Assembly (NCBI GenBank): GCA_947471565.1
Contig: CANIVT010000013.1
Location: 473-64,472 of the forward strand
Length of the DNA stretch: 64,000 nucleotides
Reading direction: 5' to 3'
Origin: Spartobacteria bacterium
GTDB lineage: Bacteria; Verrucomicrobiota; Verrucomicrobiia; Chthoniobacterales; UBA6821
Each line of letters begins with the position of its first letter. The stretch's first letter is position 1. The notes beneath the pieces were generated by a model. It did no database searches. It was not told the DNA's origin and saw nothing but the letters and a program-made list of their open reading frames with translations. Shown here in pieces: positions 57,275-64,000 of the stretch. Made by a program: the position numbers and the translations under genes.

Positions 57275-60145
57275 ATGAAAGTACTGCTCGTGCATGCCCT
57301 CGTTGTAGCCATCCTGCATGGCGCTCTTCTTGCGGAACCCTCCGATTCCCCTCGGCAGAAGCTCCTCATGGATTCGTGCTGGCGGTTCCATCAGGGTGAC
57401 CCGTCCGATGTCGGGACGATATTTGGATTCCTCTCCAAGGAGAGTGACCTGATGAAGCAGGGGCCTGATTCGGAGGCCAAGGATGCCGCCATCCGGCCAA
57501 CCTTGCCCGATGTCATCAAGGAAAACACCGGCGGCGACCTCAGTTTCGTGAAGCCCGGGTTTGACGACAGTTCGTGGCGCGTCCTGAACCTTCCCCATGA
57601 TTACGCCATCGAACAACCCTTCGGCGAGAAGGACAACAATGACAAGGGACACCGTCATCTTGATGCTAAGGACGGTTCGGCCATCGGTTGGTACCGGAAG
57701 ACCTTCGATCTGCCTGCTTCCGACAAGGCCAAGAGGATCACCGTGCAATTCGACGGAGCTTTCCGCAATTCCATGGTCTGGTTCAACGGGCACTGCCTTG
57801 GCCGTAAACCAAGCGGCTACACTGGTTTTGTCTACGATCTCACCCCTCATGCACGGTTCGGTGAAAAAAACACCCTGGTTGTCCGCACGGACGCTTCCGG
57901 CAACGAGGGGTGGTTCTACGAGGGGGCAGGACTCTATCGCCATGTCTGGCTTCAAAAGACGTCCCCGCTCCATGTCGCCCAGTGGGGCACTTACGTGACC
58001 AGCACTCTCTCCGGCAAGGAGGCGACCGTGACGGTTGAAACTACGCTGGAGAACAGCGGGGCCAAGGAGGCGGAAGGGAAACTCCGCACCGTGATTCTCG
58101 ATGACTCGGGCAAGGAAGTCGCAAGAGCGGAATCGCCCTTCAAGGCAGGGCCAGGCAGGCGGGAGATCCTGTCCCAGCAGCTTCGGGTATCCGATCCCAA
58201 ACTTTGGTCTCCGGAATCCCCCGCGATGTACAAGGCCATCACCGAGGTGCGGACCATGGGAGTAACGGACGATCTCTACGAGACCCCTTTTGGTATCCGC
58301 ACGGTGACCTTTGATCCTCAGAAAGGTTTCAGTCTCAACGGGCAACATCGTTTCATCAAGGGGGTGTGCAATCATCAGGATTTTGCCGGGGTGGGTGCGG
58401 CCGTTCCGGACAGCATCCAGAAGGACCGGGTCTCCATGATGCGCGGGATGGGGTGTGACGGATGGCGGATGTCACATAACCCTCCCAATCCCGAGTTGCT
58501 GGATGAATGCGACCGCCAGGGGATGATGGTGATGGATGAGACGCGTCGCTTCGGAAAATACCCGGAACCCCTTTCGGATCTGGAGACCATGATCCTCCGC
58601 GACCGCAATCACCCCAGCATCGTGATCTGGTCTCTCGGCAACGAGGAAATGAGGATTCAGGGAACGCAAGCCGGCGCTGAAATTCTCAAGGTGACACAAG
58701 ACCTTGCCCACAGACTCGACCCCTCACGCCTTTGCACCATCGCCCAGAACCATGCTGAGGATAAGGATGGCTTCGTGGGTGTGGCCGACGTGACGGGCAT
58801 GAATTACCTCCGCCTCTGGGGACCCATGGACCGGATCCATGCCGCGCATCCTGACCGTCGCTTTATCGGCACCGAGGAGGCCAGCACCGTCACGACCCGC
58901 GGGGAGTATTTCGACGACTATGTCAAAGCTTACAAATCCGCCTACGACTGCCAGGCAAACACCCCGGGATGGGGGGCCACGGCCGAGGGGTGGTGGAAGC
59001 ACTACCAGAACCGCCCGTGGGTCGGCGGGGCCTTTGCATGGACCGGTTTCGACTACCGCGGCGAACCGACCCCCTATCGGTGGCCTAACATCAACTCACA
59101 CTTCGGCATCCTGGATACCTGCGGATTCCCCAAGGATATTTACTACTACTACAAGGCCTGGTGGACGGGAGAGCCGGTGCTCCATCTTTTCCCACACTGG
59201 AACTGGGACCGCATCGAGCACCGTACGATCCGGGTCAAGGTTGCCGGAAATTCGGAAAAAGGTGAGGTCCTCTTCAACGGGATGAGTCAGGGAAAAAGAA
59301 AAATGTCTGCCCAGGGTACGGAATGGCCTCCTTTTCTCTACCACCCCGGCGAAGTGACGGTGAAGGCTTACCAAGGCAACACCCTGGTCTCCTCCAACTC
59401 CTTCACTCTTTCGGGGACGGATTCCGTGACTGCTGATCTCAAGCCTGTCGAGGCAAAATCCGGGACACCCGCCGCTTCCCCCCCGCAGTTTGATCCGACG
59501 CATCCGGACACGGCCAACGTTACTGCCCCTGCGACCAATCCGATTGCTTCTCCCAGTGATCGGGTGACCATCTCGGTCGTTAACGAGCCAATCGATGTCT
59601 GGGTGGAAAGCAACTGCGACGAGGCCGAACTTTTCGTCAACGGAGTCTCCCGTGGCCGCAACAAAATCGAACCGAACTCCCATGCCGAGTGGCGTGCGAT
59701 TCCCTATGCCCCAGGTTCGATCGAAGCCAAGGGTTACAAGGACGGCAAGCTGGTCCAGAGTGAAAAGATAGAAACCACTGGCGACCCCTCTTCCATCCGA
59801 CTCAATGCCAACCGTCAGGAATTGAGGGGAGACGGAGAGGAGACCGTGCTCGTGACCGTGGATTCGCTCGATGACAAAGGACGCTTTGTTCCGACCGCCA
59901 ACAACAGCATCTCGTTCGCAATCAATGGGCCCGGCAGGATTCTGGGTGTCGGCAACGGTGATCCAAGCTCCCATGAGTCCGATCTCGAACCGCACAGGAG
60001 TCTTTTCAACGGCAAGGCCCTTGTCATCGTCCAGTCAACCGGGGGGGAGGGGACGATCGAATTGAGTGCCGCCGGTGATGGACTCAAGCCAGCCGTTTTT
60101 TCTCTCCCCGTGAAGGGCTCGTCGCATCGGCCCTCGGTTCCCTGA
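57275..60145 (+). CDS. GH2 glycoside hydrolase (beta-galactosidase/beta-glucuronidase-like) with C-terminal Ig-like domains
   Basis: The start is the ATG at 57275 ('MKVLLVHALVVAILHGALLA'). GH2 motifs are 'NLPHDYAIEQPF', 'WYRKTFDLP', 'VQFDGAFRNSMVWFNGHCLG', 'GLYRHVWL', 'WRMSHNPPNPELLDECDRQGMMVMDE' and 'HPSIVIWSLGNEE'. Confidence 0.88.
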   Translation: MKVLLVHALVVAILHGALLAEPSDSPRQKLLMDSCWRFHQGDPSDVGTIFGFLSKESDLMKQGPDSEAKDAAIRPTLPDVIKENTGGDLSFVKPGFDDSSWRVLNLPHDYAIEQPFGEKDNNDKGHRHLDAKDGSAIGWYRKTFDLPASDKAKRITVQFDGAFRNSMVWFNGHCLGRKPSGYTGFVYDLTPHARFGEKNTLVVRTDASGNEGWFYEGAGLYRHVWLQKTSPLHVAQWGTYVTSTLSGKEATVTVETTLENSGAKEAEGKLRTVILDDSGKEVARAESPFKAGPGRREILSQQLRVSDPKLWSPESPAMYKAITEVRTMGVTDDLYETPFGIRTVTFDPQKGFSLNGQHRFIKGVCNHQDFAGVGAAVPDSIQKDRVSMMRGMGCDGWRMSHNPPNPELLDECDRQGMMVMDETRRFGKYPEPLSDLETMILRDRNHPSIVIWSLGNEEMRIQGTQAGAEILKVTQDLAHRLDPSRLCTIAQNHAEDKDGFVGVADVTGMNYLRLWGPMDRIHAAHPDRRFIGTEEASTVTTRGEYFDDYVKAYKSAYDCQANTPGWGATAEGWWKHYQNRPWVGGAFAWTGFDYRGEPTPYRWPNINSHFGILDTCGFPKDIYYYYKAWWTGEPVLHLFPHWNWDRIEHRTIRVKVAGNSEKGEVLFNGMSQGKRKMSAQGTEWPPFLYHPGEVTVKAYQGNTLVSSNSFTLSGTDSVTADLKPVEAKSGTPAASPPQFDPTHPDTANVTAPATNPIASPSDRVTISVVNEPIDVWVESNCDEAELFVNGVSRGRNKIEPNSHAEWRAIPYAPGSIEAKGYKDGKLVQSEKIETTGDPSSIRLNANRQELRGDGEETVLVTVDSLDDKGRFVPTANNSISFAINGPGRILGVGNGDPSSHESDLEPHRSLFNGKALVIVQSTGGEGTIELSAAGDGLKPAVFSLPVKGSSHRPSVP

Positions 60146-60148
60146 TCA

Positions 60149-62959
60149 ATGGATCCGGAGCACGGAACCGCAAGCCCCACGCACTGCATGCCAGATCAAC
60201 CGGGACGGGTGCTGGCCCTATCCGGAAATCTCTGCTGTCACTTTCTGATCCTGTGGATCGGGTTTTCCACGGTCCATGCGAAGCAGGAACCCCAACTTGC
60301 CGCCTACGACCTGCGATGCTCTGGGCGCACGGATCCATCCGGAATCACGGAGGATCATCCTGTCCTGTGTTGGAAACTTGCCTCGCCCGCCCAAGGTGAT
60401 GCCCAGACAGCGTGGAGGGTTCTTGCGGCATCCTCCCGGGAATTGCTGGAAGGTGACCGCGGGGATCTCTGGGACAGTGGCCGGGTGACCTCGTCCGTCT
60501 CTTCCGCGGTCTACGGAGGGAAACCCCTTGCCTCCGGCTCCCGAGCTTATTGGAAGGTGAAGGTCGCCGATGCACGCGGGGGCGATTCACGATGGAGTGC
60601 GACGGCGACTTGGCTGGCCGGAGTCATGAAGCCCGCCGATTGGGAGAAGGCGCATTGGATCACCCAACCGTTGGTTTCCTCGAATCCCGCGTTCGCCGGC
60701 AACGGATGCTCCCTCCGGTTCACCAGGGAGATTTCGGTGAAATCGGGACTCTCGAATGCCGTGCTTCACATCACCGGACTCGGCCAGTACCTCCTTGAAG
60801 TGAACGGGAGGGATGCCACGCCCGCATTGATGACTCCCGGATGGACCGACTCTTCCAAGACAATCCTCTACGACACGATCGATTTCGGCGGTGCATTGCG
60901 CGAGGGGACAAACACGCTCACCGTGACGCTCGGGGGCGGGATGTACCGCAACCCGCCGTCGGACCGCTACGCCAAATTCGTGACGGATACCCGGGCACTC
61001 AAATTTCTCGGATTGCTTGAGTTGCGCTACGCCGACGGCTCCAGGGAGCTTTTGAGATCGGACGAATCCTGGAAATGCATTCCTTCGCCGATCACTTATA
61101 GCTCGATATTCGGAGGAGAGGATCATGATGCGCGCATCAATTCCGAAAGTAAAAACAGTGCTGGCCCCGCTCAGAAAGCTGCGGTCATCCCATCGGATGT
61201 GGCTCCTACAGGGGTATTGAAGGGAGGATCGGATTCCGCACCACCGATCAGGAAGATCGAGGTGCTTCTACCGGTCGCGACAACCAATATCTTCTCAAAT
61301 TCCCTCGTAGTTGATCTTGGGCAGAATACTTCGATCATCCCCCAGATCACAGTGTATGGTCCTGCCGGTAGCCAGGTGAAGATCACTCCATCTGAGTTGT
61401 CCAAGCAGAATGGGGATCTGGCTGACACAATGACATTCGGCAAATCTTTCTGTACCTACACGCTTGCCGGTTCAGGCAGCGAATCATGGAGGCCCGATTT
61501 TTACTACCGAGGTGCACGCTACCTGCGGTTTGATCTGGTGCCGGACACTCCTGGAAGTACTTTGCCGCAGATCGTTAAAATCGAGGGATTGGTGGTGCAT
61601 AGCTCAGCACAGCCGATCGGGCGGTTTGCCTGCTCGAACGAACTTTTCAACCGTATTTACAATCTCGTCCGGTGGGCGCAGCGATCGAACATGATGAGCG
61701 TCCTGACGGACTGCCCCCACCGTGAAAAACTCGGATGGTTGGAGCAGGCTCATCTGAACGGGCCAGCCCTCCGTTACAATTTCGACCTCGATACCCTCTT
61801 TTCGAAGATCTGCGGTGACATGTCGGACGCACAGACTCCCGAGGGTCTCGTTCCAGATATCGCACCCGAATTCACGCGTTTCGGAGCCGGATTCCGCGAC
61901 TCTCCGGAGTGGGGGAGCGCCTGCGTGCTCGTCCCCTGGCAGCAATACGAGTTTACCGGGGAGACCACCCTGTTGCGGAAAAACTACGAGACCATGCGAC
62001 GCTACACCGACTTCCTTGCCGGCAGGGCTACGGACGGAATCGTCGATTATGGTCTGGGCGACTGGTATGACCTCGGTCCCAAAAACCCGGGCCAAGCGCA
62101 GCTCACGCCGAGGGCACTCACAGCCACGGCCTTTCTTTGGCAGGATGCGGACATCCTGAGCAAGACAGCGCGGTTATTGGGCAGAGTTGAGGATGCTTCC
62201 GGATACGGAGAACTCGCCCGTCGCACCAAGGAAGCCTTCAACGCCAAATTTTTCGATCCCGAGACGGCCAATTACGCCACCGGCTCACAATGCGCCAACG
62301 CCATCCCGCTGGTGATGGGGCTCGTGCCTCAGGAAAAAAGGTCCTCCGTTTTGGAAAATCTTGTCCGGGATGTGGAGTCCAAGGGACTGACGGCGGGTGA
62401 TGTCGGTTACCGGTATCTGCTCCGTGCGTTGGCGGAGGGGGGGCGTTCGGACGTGGTGTATTCCATGAATAACAGGAGCGACAAACCGGGCTACGGAATG
62501 CAGCTCGCGAAAGGAGCAACGAGCCTTACCGAAGCTTGGGATGCCGGGAGGGGCAGCTCGCAGAACCACTTCATGCTCGGTCAGATCAACGAATGGTTTT
62601 TCCGCGATCTGGCGGGGATTCAGTTCGATCCGGAGCATCCCGGATTCGGCCATGTCCTGATCCGTCCCACGCCCGTGGGTGATCTCACCTGGGCAGGAGC
62701 GGACTACGATTCTGCCCGCGGCAGGATCTCGAGTTGGTGGCAGCTGTCGGGAAAGGAGTTTGTGCTGGACGTCTCGATCCCTCCGGGATGCACGGCCTCG
62801 GTGTTCCTTCCGGTGAGCGATTCCTCCGCCATCCGGGAGAGGAACAAGCCCCTTGCCGATGAGGGTCTTCGTTCAAACCCATCCGGGAGCGGCAGGTGCA
62901 AGGTCGAGATACCCTCGGGAAGCTACCATTTCACTTGTCCAGCAGGCCGGTTGAAATGA
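60149..62959 (+). CDS. GH78 alpha-L-rhamnosidase
   Basis: N-terminal rhamnosidase-N pattern 'LRCSGRTDPSGITEDHPVLCWKL...AWRVLAASS...LWDSGRV'. Catalytic-domain motif 'LTDCPHREKLGWLEQAH'. C-terminal 'NHFMLGQINEWFFRDLAGIQFDPEHPGFGHVLIRP'. The ATG at 60149 lies 3 nt after the GH2 stop; an alternative start is at 60188. Confidence 0.88.
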   Translation: MDPEHGTASPTHCMPDQPGRVLALSGNLCCHFLILWIGFSTVHAKQEPQLAAYDLRCSGRTDPSGITEDHPVLCWKLASPAQGDAQTAWRVLAASSRELLEGDRGDLWDSGRVTSSVSSAVYGGKPLASGSRAYWKVKVADARGGDSRWSATATWLAGVMKPADWEKAHWITQPLVSSNPAFAGNGCSLRFTREISVKSGLSNAVLHITGLGQYLLEVNGRDATPALMTPGWTDSSKTILYDTIDFGGALREGTNTLTVTLGGGMYRNPPSDRYAKFVTDTRALKFLGLLELRYADGSRELLRSDESWKCIPSPITYSSIFGGEDHDARINSESKNSAGPAQKAAVIPSDVAPTGVLKGGSDSAPPIRKIEVLLPVATTNIFSNSLVVDLGQNTSIIPQITVYGPAGSQVKITPSELSKQNGDLADTMTFGKSFCTYTLAGSGSESWRPDFYYRGARYLRFDLVPDTPGSTLPQIVKIEGLVVHSSAQPIGRFACSNELFNRIYNLVRWAQRSNMMSVLTDCPHREKLGWLEQAHLNGPALRYNFDLDTLFSKICGDMSDAQTPEGLVPDIAPEFTRFGAGFRDSPEWGSACVLVPWQQYEFTGETTLLRKNYETMRRYTDFLAGRATDGIVDYGLGDWYDLGPKNPGQAQLTPRALTATAFLWQDADILSKTARLLGRVEDASGYGELARRTKEAFNAKFFDPETANYATGSQCANAIPLVMGLVPQEKRSSVLENLVRDVESKGLTAGDVGYRYLLRALAEGGRSDVVYSMNNRSDKPGYGMQLAKGATSLTEAWDAGRGSSQNHFMLGQINEWFFRDLAGIQFDPEHPGFGHVLIRPTPVGDLTWAGADYDSARGRISSWWQLSGKEFVLDVSIPPGCTASVFLPVSDSSAIRERNKPLADEGLRSNPSGSGRCKVEIPSGSYHFTCPAGRLK

Positions 62960-62969
62960 CCCTTATTCC

Positions 62970-64000
62970 GTGAAAACCGCCTCCCGTCCGACCCCCTTCT
63001 GGATCCTCCTTTTCTGTCTGGCCTGGTGTTTTGCACAGGGCCGTGCCGCCTGGGAATTCGAACTGGGATCCCAGGTCAAGGCACCGTTGATCCTGGCAGG
63101 AAAGTCGGTCGGGTCCGTCAGCATCCCGGCGGGATCGAAAGTGATCCTGCTGAAGCCTGAGGGTGACGGTTTCCTTGTCAAGAGGGAGAAGGGTGATCCC
63201 TTCCACGTCGCATGTGCCGACATCAAACCGATGGAGGGGATCGATCTCCGCGAGATCGCCATCGCACTGGGAGGAACCGGAGGCAACCCCATGGTGGATA
63301 TCTCCGTCGATCGCCCCATCCTGCTGGCGGAACGGGATCTTCCCGTGGAGGCGACGCTCACGGCGACCATCCGAAACTTTCCGCAGGATGCCGCACTGAA
63401 GTACTCCTGGGAGGAGGTTCAGGAGGTGCTCAGTCCCTTTGCGGCCAAGATGGGAAGGGCCGTTCCGATTTCCTTCAATCCCGCGAACGGCGCCACCACG
63501 AAACTCCAGATCATCGGAAGCGGCGTTTTCGAGGTGCGCCTGACAGTGACCGACGCAAAGAACGGAATCACCCTCTCCAAGAACAGCTGGATCAATGTCT
63601 GGGATCCGTCTTCCCCGATCGCAAGGGACGGGAAAACCGATCCCCTCTGCACGGTTCCCGGAATCCAGCCGCCACCCTCGGTCAGGAACCTATCGCCCGA
63701 CCCGGGGCCCTTCTGTCACCCCCGACTCTACACCACCGATCAGGATTGGCCCGAACTCAGCGAGAGAACGCGCACGGGAAAAATTGCCTCGATGTGCCTT
63801 GCCAAGCTCCGCAAGGAACTGGCTGACCGCTTTGACAAACCGGATTCCGATTTCCATAAGCTCAGCGGGCAACTCGTCAAATTCGCCGATGCCGGGTTTC
63901 AGGGGCCGGCACCCGACCTGACCATGGGCATCCCTTCGAAGCCCGGAGACAAGGGTCCGGACTGGAGCGATGCATGGAACCGTTTCAACGACTATTGCAA
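62970..64000 (+). CDS. Partial CDS running off the window end: secreted protein with a PKD-like segment followed by the start of a heparinase II/III-like N-terminal domain
   Basis: This ORF is absent from the ORF track because it has no stop in the window. My own translation starts from the GTG at 62970, with an in-frame TGA at 62952-62954 upstream. It reads 'KTASRPTPFWILLFCLAWCFAQGRAAWEF...GVFEVRLTVTDAKNG...CHPRLYTTDQDWPELSERTRTGKIAS...', open to 64000, with GC-rich third positions. 'HPRLYTT.DW..L' echoes 'HPRIFFSPEDLP' of the two heparinase-like genes. Confidence 0.65.
   Translation, partial: MKTASRPTPFWILLFCLAWCFAQGRAAWEFELGSQVKAPLILAGKSVGSVSIPAGSKVILLKPEGDGFLVKREKGDPFHVACADIKPMEGIDLREIAIALGGTGGNPMVDISVDRPILLAERDLPVEATLTATIRNFPQDAALKYSWEEVQEVLSPFAAKMGRAVPISFNPANGATTKLQIIGSGVFEVRLTVTDAKNGITLSKNSWINVWDPSSPIARDGKTDPLCTVPGIQPPPSVRNLSPDPGPFCHPRLYTTDQDWPELSERTRTGKIASMCLAKLRKELADRFDKPDSDFHKLSGQLVKFADAGFQGPAPDLTMGIPSKPGDKGPDWSDAWNRFNDYC

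Noticed and set aside
1-64000. Search for tRNA, rRNA, tmRNA, RNase P, riboswitch boxes, transposase/integrase genes and prophage genes
   Set aside because: I recognised none by eye. All long ORFs are accounted for by the features listed. A cmscan/tRNAscan run would be needed for a definitive negative.

Overview
GC-rich bacterial window with no rRNA, tRNA, CRISPR array, transposase or integrase that I can recognise. The gene content points to a Verrucomicrobiota-like genome: a giant PATR-repeat protein with a PEP-CTERM anchor, dense secreted glycoside hydrolases and no SusC/SusD. This taxonomic call is inference only. The window has three parts. (1) 1-3.0 kb is a small accessory module. It holds a single-gene AAA+ ATPase/PD-(D/E)xK nuclease fusion (DUF4143-type) and a VapBC (RHH antitoxin + PIN toxin) pair. 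Every gene boundary carries tandem 7/8-nt microsatellite arrays (CCTTCAG, YCTAACAR, CGACTCT, CCCAGCT). (2) 3.0-15.1 kb is one 4,028-aa ORF with a signal peptide, dozens of autotransporter-associated beta-strand (PATR) repeats and a C-terminal PEP-CTERM signal. It contains in-frame near-identical internal duplications and two AT-rich islands. A roughly 0.9-kb gene-free gap follows it. (3) 16-64 kb is a roughly 48-kb carbohydrate-degradation supercluster. Its calls are a sugar-porter MFS, a YphG-like DUF5107/TPR protein, GH95-like, GH29, GH28, GH2, two GH78, GH106-like and GH43-like enzymes, and a BNR propeller. It also holds a beta-helix protein, three heparinase II/III-like proteins (one with PA14 and LamG modules), SGNH and alpha/beta esterases, and an embedded rhaT-rhaA pair. 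The plus-strand genes from 46 kb onward are packed with 2-17 nt gaps or ATGA overlaps. I found no canonical known system such as a defence, secretion or CRISPR locus. Four signals remain unexplained. The first is the microsatellite family bracketing the accessory cassettes and sitting directly upstream of the giant surface-protein gene. The second is a roughly 230-320 nt non-coding element present twice (1.5 kb and 15.6 kb). The third is a tandem pair of uncharacterised secreted paralogs sharing a GESGH nucleophile-elbow-like motif. The fourth is the unusually decorated heparinase II/III-like paralogs. All family names come from motif recognition by eye and memory; no searches were run.
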